This document shows, piece after piece, positions 26,370 to 40,032 of a DNA stretch of 64,000 bases. Source of the DNA: Bugula neritina (taxonomy: Eukaryota > Animalia > Bryozoa); assembly GCA_964035545.1 (NCBI GenBank), contig OZ037766.1, positions 8,608,722 through 8,672,721 on the forward strand, written 5' to 3'. Position 1 is the first letter of the stretch, and every line of letters starts with the position of its first letter. A program made the translations under genes and the position numbers. A model generated the notes under the pieces. It ran no database searches. It worked only from the letters and a program-made list of their open reading frames with translations, and was not told where the DNA came from.

Positions 26370-26800
26370 AACGTGTTTGGTACCCTCACAGAATTGTTCT
26401 ATAAGCAGCTCCGAGTTGAGGGGTACATAGGCTAAGTTTATTGAATGTTGTAAGATTCGCTTGGATAGCTTTCTATGCACTTAATTTATAGAACGGGCAG
26501 AGCTAACCAAAGTTGCAACTTTGATGCATTTGTTAGTGCCCAAGCTAATTCATGGTCATCAAAGATGTGACTGAAATTAGAAATTATTTTTAACTAGAAA
26601 TTATAATTATTTATAAGCAGTTCTGATTTGGGAATTGATTTATTGCAATAGTTGGAATTCTCGAGTTTAAAGTTGGGGGTTCAAAGGCCCAATTTAAACT
26701 CTCGACTCTAAACTCAAGAACTTCAAACTACTACTCTCAGTCACCTACAATTTGGAGCTGCTTATAAAAATTACTAAGTTCTACTAGTTCTCTAGCTAGG
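26370..26800. promoter_or_regulatory. PPAN/PIN4 bidirectional promoter core with three copies of the TATAAGCAGCTCC motif
   Basis: Non-periodic, relatively GC-richer island between two periodic domains. Motif copies at 26398-26418, 26612-26630 (degenerate) and 26748-26766 (inverted). Confidence 0.65.
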
Positions 26801-26829
26801 CATTTTAGTGATTTTACTTTCTCATTCTG

Positions 26830-27260
26830 GTTTACTTATGACTTATGCTGATGCTTATTATTTATGAACTTGTCGGAATAGATATAATATACAAGATTAT
26901 TGGGCACTAGTTTTAATAACTTTAATAATTAATATAATATCAGTATCACTATGGTTATACTCATACTGATCAACGATTATGAGGCTAATTACTTTAAGTT
27001 TAAACTTTAACTCTAAGCTTCAACAATTATTTCTATTAATAATAATATTATTACTACTATAAATATAAGTATAAGACCAAGTATATCATATTTATACATA
27101 TATGTAACTATTAAATATTTTATTATAATTTACATTATTATTGTTATAATATTAATTACAATAATATTAGTTGTAATTGCTGATGAGACTGAGTCACTGA
27201 GAGGCTGGCCATTTAGCTGAAAAATTATGTTGCCAAATTGTGATCATGATAATGATGTAC
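26830..27260. repeat. 6-bp periodic domain on the PIN4 side
   Basis: ACTTTAAGTTTAAACTTTAACTCTAAGCTTCAAC and ACTATAAATATAAGTATAAGAC. Confidence 0.7.
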
Positions 27261-27446
27261 TCAATAATCATACCATATTGCCTTTTGCATTTGATTGTAT
27301 ATTCACAGTTCCAATTAATTTTGTAACTGATTACTGCCATTTTAGACACAAGTCACAGTTACTCAGATGATAGGCTATCTTTGAGTTTCATTGACTTGAT
27401 TTTAGTTTAACATTTTAGTTTAGTATTTATGTTGTAGCTTCAGAAG

Positions 27447-28304
27447 ATGCCTGCTAAGAAAAGTAAGTCTGGTGGAGGTGCCAAAGGAGGAGCAAAAGGC
27501 GGTGGGTAGTTCAATTCTCATGTTAGTAAAAAGAAAGTTTTAAAATCTGAAATCTATATTTTCAAGGATATTATTCTATTTAGACTCTGATTCTGGAGCC
27601 AGTGGTAAAAAAGAAGCAAAAGGAGGAACTGCAGTTAAAGTTAGACACATTTTGTGTGAAAAGCATGGGAAGGTTATGGAGGCAATGGAGAAGTTAAAAG
27701 CTGGTATGCTTCATTATGGCTATCTAATCTATGTGCATGGTGGTTTAATCGTCAAAATTATGTTTATTAATAATTTTTCTTTAGTAATTGCAAAAAGTCC
27801 TATTAGATTGTAAAACATTAGAAAATATGTTTTGTTCTCAGTTTTAGCAATTCTGACACTCATGATTTTTGTATTTTTAGGTATTTGTATTAATTATAAA
27901 TTCAGTTCACCCAGTTTAGATAAGTCATAGATATCATAGAAATGCTGTGTGAATGATTTAGCTAGGCTGTATGTTTCAACTTAGTAATAGCTTAACTTAA
28001 AACATGATATTTAGCATTTGATTTCTTCATTTTGTTAGACAAGTTTTGTGAACTTTTTGCAGACGTATATATTATATTTGTTTGAACAGGACAAAAATTT
28101 GATGAAGTGGCTAGATTACACAGCGAAGATAAGGCTAGGCAAGGAGGGGATTTAGGTTGGATGACGCGTGGTTCTATGGTTGGTCCGTTTCAAGATGCTG
28201 CTTTTGCATTAGCTAATAGCACCACTAACTCTCCAATATATACAGATCCACCAGTTAAAACTAAATTTGGTTACCATATAATCATGGTAGAAGGGAAAAA
28301 GTGA
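27447..28304 (+). CDS. PIN4: Parvulin-14 peptidyl-prolyl isomerase, 3 exons
   Basis: [11 protein letters not shown]..., [26 protein letters not shown] and [46 protein letters not shown]. Confidence 0.96.
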
Positions 28305-30012
28305 TGAAACAATATAGGTATTAAAACAAGCTGTATTTTTTCTTTTAAATTGATGAGGAATTCCATATTGAACTTTTTTAAGCTGTGTATCCAATTTGTG
28401 TTGCAACATTTGTCATGGTTTTCTAGTTGAATATTCATAGTAGTTTCAGTTGGCAAATTTACTTTCTAGCTCGAATCTTTGGACTTGTCATACCTTTGTT
28501 GGTTTTTATTATCTAGTGAATCATGTACATGTTACTATGTTCAGTGGAATTTATGTGTTTGTTGGGGGGGGGGGGTGTAAGTTGTGCGCACTGTCAACAT
28601 AGATCTTAGAGCTCTGGTGTATCTCAATAGTCACAAAACTTACCGTTTCATTACTGTTTGCATAAATTTTATGGCTGCAATTACCATAGTATATGATAAT
28701 ATAATTGTGCAACTGTTTTTGACTAGTAATATAATTGTTCTTAAAAGCAGTTTAGTTCTACCTAATATTAGCTGAGAATGTAGACAAAATAGACATCACT
28801 TTCTATTTGAGTGATCAACAACTGTAATTTATAACAATTTGCATACTAGTTCCGAACCCAGTCACCCACTAGACTGTCTAGACCCCAAAACTCTATTCTC
28901 ACCTAATATCAAACAGTGTTAACACACTTTTAAAGAGATGGTTTTCAAAGTTAGTCAAACAATATTAGCCCTCTTTTAATTCTGCCAACCGAAAGATATG
29001 CAAAATTAAGTAAATTTTAGTATATTTAAATTATTGAAGCTCAGTATTCAAACCCTATTGTGCTCTGTGAAAATTAGTATATGCTTGATCTACTTAGGTA
29101 GCAAGTACTGTTATAGCAGAGCACTAAAATACTGCTGCTTAGCTGCGTATTAGCAGGTACATCGAAGTTTGACACAGCAGACAAAAGTTGATGTGATCAA
29201 AATTTAAAAGTCTGAGAATTCCTTCCACAACAAATATATGCCATTACTTGAAGACAGGTTGTAAAACTTTTTGCATCATGACCCATATAGTTGCTGGTTC
29301 AATACTATAATTGATAAGAACTCTGCCCAGTAAATGAAGTGTGATGATGATAGTCTCATCACTTTCAATAAGTATGAGTCACACTTCTTCTAAACCTGGC
29401 TGTATGCAACATAATCTATAAGAGCCTATATAAGAGCAAATAGCAGTAGTTGTCCATATAGAGTTCATAAAAATTTATTTTTTCTTGGACCATCATTATT
29501 TTAATGTACATTGATATAATAAACGTACAATCTCATATGCATTTACTGTACAACTATTTACACTTTTGACAAAAAGACAATTAGAAAGATAGGCTAATCT
29601 ATCAAATTGATCAATTGAGCTAATTTCAGGAAAAATATTCTGCATATTTGTGAAGTGAAAAAATAATTTCGATTTGTACATTGATTTTTTTGTAAAAAAA
29701 TGGCATGCGCCTAATTATATAGCATCATTAGTGAGGTCATTTTTTCAACAATGTTAATACCATTTGATATAAATGAAAGAAAATGGTATTGATAAAATAT
29801 CGCATGCTACACATCCTCATAAAAATTACCAGAGAAATTGTTCTTGCAAGTCAATTTGAACACCGCACAGTTTTTATCTGTACAACAGTTGTTACACACA
29901 TGACCTGTCATGTAAGCTGTGGTCAATGACTACATAAAATCCTGTGATACAGACAATTGCAACAGTGATGCAAAATTTATATATATATATATACTATAAA
30001 TTATATAACTGG

Positions 30013-33000
30013 TCACCGAAGGAAAGCTTTAAACAGAGTATCTGATTTGTATGAATCTCTATCTTCTTCTAGAACAAATGTCAAGTCTCTTAAATTCACT
30101 CGTTTCAATCTTGGACGGTTGTAACCCTAAAGTAAATGTATTCATATATCAATATCTTATGACACAATGGAGCTTATTGAGAGCACAATTCCACATAATT
30201 CATTATCAGATTACAATTTCAGATAAAATGACGTTTCACAATGTCTTAACTTTGAAGAACGTGAGGATTTGGGTTGAAAATTTAGTATCTGTTTTAATAA
30301 ACATGTTTTATGCAACTTTATAGTTATTTAACAGTTATTTAACATTTATTTAATGTAGGTAAAAGTTTTAACTTACTTGATTATTAGTACTAGTAGTTGC
30401 TGTTGATGTTGATAGACCCCCAGCGTTGCCAGCTCCTGTAATCTGAAACAAAATATTTGAATGATGATAAACTTACATTGGCAGCTTTTTTACTTTTATA
30501 GTTATAGCGTTGCAAAGCAATTTGAAAAAAGAATTTTTTTAAACTCTAAATTTAATAAAGGAGGAGTCTGTTTGTCATATTTAATGTTATTGAAATTTAA
30601 TGTAAAGCCACCACAGTGATAGCATTCGATATATTTTAAAATCATTAGATAAATTAGATGGACTTTTGGTTTGGTTAGCAGTATGCTTGTCCATAAATTT
30701 GAGCTCATTAAATATAGCTCAGTAAAATACATAAGTAAAGTTACAACCTAAATAGACTTTCATTTGACACAGTAGAGATTGACTGAAAATAGAAAATATT
30801 ACAAAATAAAACATAACTACTCCTATAAAAAAGCTTGAATAACTATTGTTGATATATCTGTATATAGAACTAGTAGTAGAGAGGTTTATAATACTAATAT
30901 ATTCATTTTAGTTTAGAAGTTCTCTCTAACTTTATAATTAGATGCTACAAGTTTTGGGGTCAGCATCTTTTTAATACTTGTACACTCTTTAAAAACATGT
31001 ATTACATGTATTATGCGTCAGAAAAGTTATGGTTTATAACAAATTTGAAAAAAATTTGTTGTAAGCAGATTTCTTATATATAAAAACTTTCCGCACTGAT
31101 TAAAATAATAAACTCACTATATCGTCTATTTTTCTTTTTTTACGAGGGCCTATAGCTGCCAGTGCGGTTTTGTTTGCTTCCTGCTGCCGCAACTCTTCTA
31201 ATTCTTGCTCTTTCAACTAAAATGATATAATATATATAATTAAATAGATATTTAAAGATAGGTATACATGTCAGGTAACAGTTGACATAGAAATAAATCT
31301 TTCAAAAGTTGCAGGTACCTCTTTGGCCTTTATTTTTAATTTAGCCTGTTCTGGGTCCTCAGTCTTAGATCTGCTCTTGGCCGCTCTCAGCAGCACCTCT
31401 CTTTCAGAGTCATCGTGCTTTTTTCGCTCCAGCTTATCTAATTCTTCAAGAAATTTCAACTGAGATCTAACATCATGGCTGGGGTCAAAACGTTTGTCAA
31501 CCTAGACAATATAGAAATCATTTGATATTGAAATAAATCGTCAGATAGAATAGTTAGGTTTGAAGTTTTTAATTACTGCTGAAGTAACAGATATGACCAT
31601 GAACTGTTATATCTTTTGAATTATATAATTTATATACAATGTGTGACAGGGCAACAGAGGGGAAAATCATTATCTCCATACCCGATAGATATCAAGCCTG
31701 TGTTCTGCAACAAGTGATACTTTTTCTGTGAGATGTCGCAATCGTTCCTCACACGCATGAGATACTAAACTTATCACATCACTATTTATATCTCGCACAC
31801 CTCGTTGAAGTGCTGCAAATAACCAGAGAATATATTATTTTTGAGAAGAGAATTATATTTGAATGGAAATAACAATGTTTGATATCTGGCAAAAAGCGAA
31901 AATAATATTATATGGATAGAAACCTAGTTGTCGTATTTTTTGAGCTAAAGGAGTATGTGAGAGAAAAGCGTCATCTCTACATGAACGAAGTTGTGCTGCC
32001 GATTCTGGAACAGCAGCGAGAATGTTTTTAGTTTCTTCTGAAAGGTTGACACCACCCATAGTGGCTACATCATTTATATCGTCATCATCTCTACAACAAG
32101 AATAGTTTACATAGCCTCATATTGTGTTCCAGTCACTCAAATCTACTTCAACATTGAGACTATATAATGATTGGTAAATATATGCAAATTGAAAATTTAT
32201 GAATATTTGATATCTATGACTACATTAAGCTGTCAAAGATATCTTTCACTTACTTTAAATCTAATCGCTGCTTTCCTCTAGGAATTGCTGATGTAGCAGG
32301 CACCCTAGACTGAGCAGGGCGCAATGGACTGGCAGTTGACGAGGGGCGCATTGCCACTGGGCCACCCATTCTCTGTATATTACTTATTCCTTGAGCTTTT
32401 TGTTGAGATGGTGCCTTAGGAACCATAGGTTTAGGACTTGGCTAAAATATGTATAATGTTAATAAAGTGTGTATTAATATTATGATGATGAGTTGCACAG
32501 GCTGTGAATGCACCAGGTAATAACTTAAGCACACCATTGAATAATGGGGTTGTAATAGCATATATTGGATACTCTTTTTCACATGAAAACTATGCCTTCC
32601 AGTTATCGCTTTCAATTTGACAAAATTTTATAGATTTTGCAGAGCTTTTAAAAGAATGCCTCTACTGTTGGATGTAAATAAAATTGGTACACTACATTAA
32701 AATGTTTACATTAAAAAGCCCAAACAGTTATGCCTATGCATACACACACTTTGCTACGAGAGATGAGATCAAGGAAAAATAGTGCCTTTCTCCTACTACA
32801 TGATATAACATGATGAACACATATACCACATACCCTGATCATAGGCTGCATTACATTGTTTTGAAGATTAGAGACAGGTATCTGTATGTTTGGACGATTT
32901 AAACCATCAATACTCAACTCATTCCGACTAATTGCTAGCCGCAAATCTGGTAAACTTTTCTGCAACACAAAATATGTTAACAAAATGTATTGATGCTACA

Positions 33001-36000
33001 TGCAAATACATTTATAGCAACAATATGTAAACAAAAGTCATTTGTATTTTCGTGAAACATCAACTGAACAAGAACATAAAATTATTACTTGGTTAGTATT
33101 TTGGAACAAGAAAGTAACATAAGTTAAAATGTTAGCTACATTGACTTACAAATACAGCAAAAAACAAACAAATTCCAAAAAAATAGAATAACTTACAATA
33201 ATATTACTGGTTCCCTAAACAGTAATATAAGACTATCATAATTCAAATCGTGAGTTGCCATTGATTAAAATAAACAAGATATTTTCAAAAAAAGCATTAC
33301 TCCCACCAACCTTGAGAAAAGCTGCAAGGCCAGGCTGTCGCTGAGAATTGAGTTCTTTTTGAAGATTGACAGTAAAAACATCGGGCTGAACAGTACCTTC
33401 CTGCATTAGACAAAGCGGCTCATACAGAAGTTTATAAACAACAGATAACTAGAAGACACTTGATGTGTGATTTTCACAACATTGTACTGTGTGTGAATGC
33501 AGTTTATAATATTATTGCTTTGTGAGTGATAACATTGGTTGGGTATAACAACTCCAAGTGTACCAATATCAGCTCACAACAGATGATGAGAACTATGAGA
33601 AATGCAGAGTAATACAGAGTTACCAACCAGCAATCCTAGTATCAGTCTTTTAACGTTATCTAAAGTTTGTTGAGGCTGTTGACTAGAAAGACGGATTAAA
33701 GTTTCCAGGAAGTTTTTGCACTTTTTTGTCTCATCTTTGCTTCTATCTGGTGCACTCGCAGGCATTATGGGTCGGGAGACAACTGAAGAGCATAAGGTAA
33801 TTAATTTAGATGTAGTTTCAGTGTTTATTCTTTAGAATGAACACTTTTCACGTTTAGAATTTACAAGCACTTTTACAACTATTTATAATTAGGGTGTTCC
33901 ACTTTCAACTCTATTACACATAGCTCTATAAACCATGTACTTTAAACTAGCCAATTGAGCTAAAACTATGAGAAGCATGTTTCAATGACTTTGTAACACT
34001 AAATTTTAACTCAACTCTTCTGGTCATCTTATACTAGGAAGACAACTAATAGAATTGAGTCTGAAGAATATGAACGATCATTTCAATCACAATAAAATAT
34101 CATATTGTTGTACTACATAGGTTGTGCAATATGCACATTAAGTATGCTCAACAGAAAACGCAACTTACTGTTGGTTTGGGCACGAATGGCTTGCATTGTC
34201 GGGGCAACAGCTGGTCTCATGATCACCTGACCAGGGTTGGGCTGTATTGGTATGGCTCCTGAACTGGCCTGCTGTTGAGAGAGATAAGACGAACGATGTA
34301 GAGGGTGAGGTTGGTGGTGGTTCGGTACAGCATGTGAGCCAATTGCAGCACCATCACCGGGACAGTTAGCTTGAGGTGTTAGTTGTCTGATTATAGGGGG
34401 GTGGTGAGCAACAAATTGACGCTGTACCATGCGATACTGTGGGTCTGTAGCAGGTGGGTGACCAAGCTAAGCAAGCAAGCAAGTATGTTAATAGCCTATT
34501 GATGTGAGATGTTAATAGACAGAACTTAGATCATACATCTTTGCATATCACAACGTTTAGTGAAAGCTGCACATAAATTATATACTAGTCCTATCTAAAT
34601 TGTAAACAGACACTTTTGAGGAAGAGAATTGCCCAGCACTACTGAGAATCACAGTGTATTTAGAAAGGAATGAGCTGATAAAAATTAATAATAAAATTAA
34701 CAAGAAATCATTAGAAAGAGAGCATAGCTGCAAATTATGTTTATATAATAACAAAAGCAGTGCTGCTGTAACACTAGCCATTGCAAATATATCATAAGAG
34801 AAGCCTATAAAAATTATAATGCATATTTAAGATACAAAATATTATGCAGTGTGCATGCAAAGCACACTTCAAAGCTAATAGCAAAACTTGCTGTCTTCTG
34901 AAGTACAACCTATTCAACTGTCATTCAAACAGGGAAAAGTCTATTTGCATGCAACATACCCATGATATTTAGTACATGATGTGCAAAAAAGGTTAAGACT
35001 GAACATTCCTACGCAAGATATGCACACAATACAACATAAAGAATATTATATAGAGTACGCATCCTTCCAGCTACAGACCCACAATAAATAACACTTCAAT
35101 ATAAAAGCAAGAAAGAGGAAAATGCTCTGCTTACAAAAGTTTATGCTTTTATTAAGACTAATTAAAGTTATAAATATGTCTGCATGCCAAGTTTAGAAGT
35201 TTAGAACATATACCAAAAATTAAATTGACCAGACACTACACTGCACAAAAAGCAACCAGCAATACACAGGCAATATGCAGCAACATATGGGCAATACATG
35301 TACAATACATGTGCAATACATTAGCAATACAAGGGCGATAATGTTGACAAAATTTTGTATAAACAAAGATGAAAATTCAGGGCAGAGTTTTACAGAATAA
35401 GATAATAAGAAACAACACAGGCAGTGTATCCCAACTCTGCTGCATAGCGCTTGACCATTGTGTATCTTAAGAATTTCCTACAGGGGTGGGAGGATATTTT
35501 TACTGTTCAAAACCAACTCTCCAACAACAATTAGTATTTGTAACTAAAAATAGCTTTGATCTATTTTCATTTTGGGAAATCCCGAAACTAACGTGTTTAG
35601 AAAACCCATTACTAGGCAGAAAGAAATATCAAGTAGTTTTGTGGTCTTTAGTTAGTAACAAACAAAAACAGCCCCTGCAGCTCAACAGTAGCTTGACTTG
35701 CGTCAAACCAAACTACAATAAAATCATCTACAGGCACTGGATTTTACATGGTGAGTACTCCCATCATCACACCACCTTACCAAGCAGACATGCAGAATCT
35801 TAACGGACATACGATATACAGAAGAGGGGGTTTAGAGACAGATAGAATATAACCCAGAGTAGACTCACTTCAGTGGAGGTGTACATCACTTACATTTTGA
35901 GGGGCTGGAGCCCGTGGCATGAAGACAATGTGACCTTTCTCATTCTGCATTAGGATAGTTCCAGGTGGCAGTTGTAAGCCAGGTGGAAGTGATATTGTGT

Positions 36001-36658
36001 TCTAAAATAATTATTCAACCAACTACATACATTGGCAAAAAGTAATATAAAATCTAAAACAACAAGTATAGTAAACAAGAAGTTATATGTTAATACAATA
36101 TAAAAAATACTACCAATTTTAGGTTTAGCATACAAAAGGTCAAATGACATCAGCCCTACAAGGTAACACAAACTATAAAAAAATATCAGAAAACGAGCAA
36201 GAATAAACGAGAATAGTTCATATATACAAGTAACTCACATTAGCATTGCGAGGTATTAGCAGAGGTGCATTTAGAGCTTGTGCTGGTCGCAATGGAGTGT
36301 TGTTCTGTTGTATAGGTTGAGGTCTTGTTTGAGTTATAGTTGGAGCACTACAGATAGTTACTGGACCAGTGCCGCTAGCAGCTACTGCTGCAACAGTACC
36401 CACGGCATTGTGTGTAGGAACTGGTACTGGTGTAGAGTTAGTGTTAGGAGTTGTCACAGTTTGCTTCTGTTCAGAGGATGCAATCTGAGCGAGATTGAAC
36501 ATGGCTGTGGCACCCAACTGACCATTGCCGTTGACAACTGGGGCAGGTGTGCTAACCGAATTTATAACAATACCATTGTTGCTACTTTTCACACCAGTCT
36601 GATAATTTGTCAGCACTTTATCACCATTTAATTGAGCATGTGGCTCATTTGTGGACAT
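30013..36658 (-). CDS. TAF4: TFIID subunit TAF4, ~13 coding exons
   Basis: Q/P/T-rich N-terminus; TAFH domain KKCKNFLETLIRLS...KELNSQRQPGLAAFLK|KSLPDLR; DDDDINDVATMGGVNLSEE; histone fold SHACEERLR; RAAKSRSKTEDPEQAKLK; ANKTALAAIGPRKKRK; final exon RVNLRDLTFVLEE..LFKAFLR* with stop at 30013-30015. Confidence 0.95.
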
Positions 36659-37299
36659 AATTTGAAGAGATTTTCTATGATTTATCTTCTATCACAATCT
36701 AAAATAGTCAAGCAAACCAATTATACTTATAATATATTGGTCAGGCACACTTGATAGCGAAAGAAGATACTAACAGTATTTGGCCTTCAAATGCTAAATT
36801 TTATCTTCAAATGGTGTTATATTATTACATCTATTAATATATTCCAGTGATAATGGAACATTATTACAAGTCAATTCAAGTAATACCGACACTTTGTAAC
36901 AGCAATGGCCAATCATCTATACTAATAGTATGATATAAGCTAATTACAATTAGAATAATTAAATATGAGTGAAATAGGGCTACGAGGTGTTGGAACTTGT
37001 ACTAATACCACTCCATAATCATATTGCAAAATATGTTTATGCTGGTTAGAATCAGTACATCCCAGGTTTTCCAGTGACTTAAAAAGCCTCAGGTGGCAGA
37101 AGAACTGTGCTAAAGGACATGAGCAGGCTGCAGATTACTGTAAACATGAATATTTAAAACTTACAATAATACACATTAACCCTAGCTATACTCAACCCTG
37201 CTCAATTATTGCTATAGTGGCGGTGAAAAAAGGCTAGAAACGGATTTTCTTTATATATTTGATAATGACAATTTTTCATTATTTTCATTAAAATAGTGT

Positions 37300-38700
37300 A
37301 TTAAATCTTCTCTATAACTATTAGTATTATAATTAGCCTTTACTGTATAGTATTAATAGTGGAGTATGACATTCCATACCACTATCATCAATGATCATGC
37401 TTATTGCAATTGTCAACTAATATAATACTAATACAGATAAATATACTATACTCATACTATTAATCTTAGACTTTTATCACTATTACTATTACTCATCTGT
37501 TTACTACTGTAAAAGTTATTTATTTTTGAGATTATGTTAAAATAGAAATGATGCTATTTTTCCTAAATTACCCCTTTAGTAATCCGCTAGACTTCAAAAA
37601 CACTAATAGCTAGGCATAAAGTTAACTTTCAACTAAAACTTGCCTACAATCATATTCAATATTAATGCTTGTTGATTTAATATTAACTTTAACCTATATT
37701 GTCTTAAAACTACATATTATTAGTATTATTAATTAAATTCACAAAAATAAATTCAACCTAAAGTGGTAAATAGTAAGTGGAAAACAAGTTCAATTAGAGG
37801 ATTAGACAAAGACCCAAGTTATAGTTACATATTAATATTTATTAATTATTATCAGTATTAGATTAGTATTAATATTAGATTTACATCTACCTCTAGTGTT
37901 ATACCAATTAAATATTGATGTAAACACTGATTTATTTACTATAAGTCTACAATTATTACCATTGGCATTACTATTACTTATATTATTACTATTACTATTA
38001 GTATAGGTATTAGGAATAGTATCAGTTTAGTTGAGTTAAAAGTAAAAGTAAAAAAATGGAGTGAATGCAATAGACATAGTATTACTATTAGCTATAATAT
38101 TATATTTATAAGTATTGGCAATAGTAATAAAATTGATTGTTAGCAATAGTGTAGCTTATGTAAAATGCAATACCAATTTTTATACCCAGTCATTGTAGTG
38201 GCTGTACTCTATTCAACTAATACTGCAAATGTAATAGTTGAATAGAATACAATGACTATCACTAAGAGAGTACGAGTATAAAAAGTAGTATTATATTTTA
38301 CAGTAGTTATACTTATACTATTACTAACAATCAATTTCATACTTGGTCTTACTTAGACTTGCAGATTATCGCTATAGTTAATGTTATACTAATAGCAATA
38401 GTAATACTTATACTTTAACTTAGAAGTTAGACTTAGATTCTTTGTTTTTAGAATTACATTTACTTATTAGTTCTACTTAGAACTTCATTGATTTTCAAGT
38501 ATTCCTAATTTAAAACATATATAAATTGTTTCGGAATAAGAAAATAATAGGAATATTTACAGTTATAGTATTTGTCATTGACTTATTCACTTCACACTGT
38601 GATCTTCACTTTTTACTAAAACTAAGTCAAGATGAACACGAAGTTCAACTTTGACTTGTGAAGAATTGAACGTAAATTTACTTTTGAAACATATATCAAG
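37300..38700. repeat. 6-bp periodic domain between the TAF4 promoter core and the TAF4 CDS
   Basis: ATTACTATTACTATATTATTACTATTACTATTAGTATAGGTATTAGG (~37970) and ACTTTAACTTAGAAGTTAGACTTAGATT. Confidence 0.8.
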
Positions 38701-38779
38701 TTTGCTGATAGCATGGATATTGTTTCATTTAAATCACTTGTGTACGTTGTTGTCATTTTATTGTGTTTTACCTAACAGA

Positions 38780-39060
38780 AACGCAAAATTGTAACAAAAG
38801 TTGCAACTTATATAGGAGAGATAACATTTCTACGTCCTAACGCAGCCATTTGCATTTTGGCTCTGACAGGGGCGCTGATTGCGCATGCTTACAAAGGCAT
38901 CGGTTATTCTGGTTATAAGAACGGGGAGGAGTAGCTCCCTTCGGTAGTCAATATAAATAGGTTCCCCTCTCTTAAAAACAGCTCGTAGATTTCTATTGGC
39001 TACTAATTGAACTGCGCGGATTGGGGAGTTATTCCGCTTGATTCTGGGTAGCACATGTTA
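38780..39060 (-). promoter_or_regulatory. Probable TAF4 promoter core
   Basis: GC/CpG-richer island with NRF1-like TGCGCATGC (38880-38888), ATTGG/CCAAT boxes (~38996, ~39020) and a minus-strand splice donor near 38770. Confidence 0.55.
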
Positions 39061-40032
39061 TTTCTGTAAAGCCAACCACAACAATAGTGTAATCATACCA
39101 TGAATAAAATTTTGAGAAATGAGCACCACCCATACGATTACATAGAGATAACAGTAATTTTTTGCACTCACAAGTCGTTTATGCTGTTTAATCTGTCAAC
39201 TTTTATTAATAGCAAAGCAATATAGTATTATAATAAATGTAGGTTATAGATGAATTGACTATTTGACTACTTCTATACTTACATTGTATCAGTGTTTTAT
39301 AATTTAAAAAAAATCATGGTCATACTATAATTATTTTGAATTTACCAGAAAATGCTTTCAGACTACACAGTTTATGCCCACGGCAGATGTCTGCTAATGC
39401 TGGTGCTTAGCAGTTCCCAGGCACTTTTTGCCAATATAGATGAGATTCTTTTTAATGGTGCCAACTTGGAAAACCCAAATTGCTTTTTAGCAAATACCTT
39501 ATAACTGAATGTTGTTAGAACGGTAATTCCAATAATTCTATTATATTATATTATAGATGCTATAGCCAGCTCTCAACCTTTATTATAAGGACTGGCTAAA
39601 TAACGATAGATGATTGCGCTTCTAATTGATTTCTTGACTTATGTTTCTAAGCATTTGTATGAAATTGGATTTGGGATCTAATAGCCATCATGGTATCAAC
39701 ATAACCAGGTGATAGATCATAGATGGATGGCCTGGTCTGTTTTGGACAACCCCTAAATCAGCTGATGTAACACACGCACCTGTAAATTGGTTATTTTCAA
39801 CTATTGGTTCAATAGTTCTGAATCAAAATGTATTTTTATATTTAGTTCATCAATATGAACTTAGTTTTACATTAAAATTGGTTTATTGAAAATTATAAAA
39901 CATGCACAATAAAATTTCAATTTCATAATGACACAAATTCTAGTATGATTAATTAAAAACGTACATGCAATATTGCAAACTGTCATGACTACAAAATAAT
40001 CACTAAAACTTTACAAGCTTTTCTCATTATTT

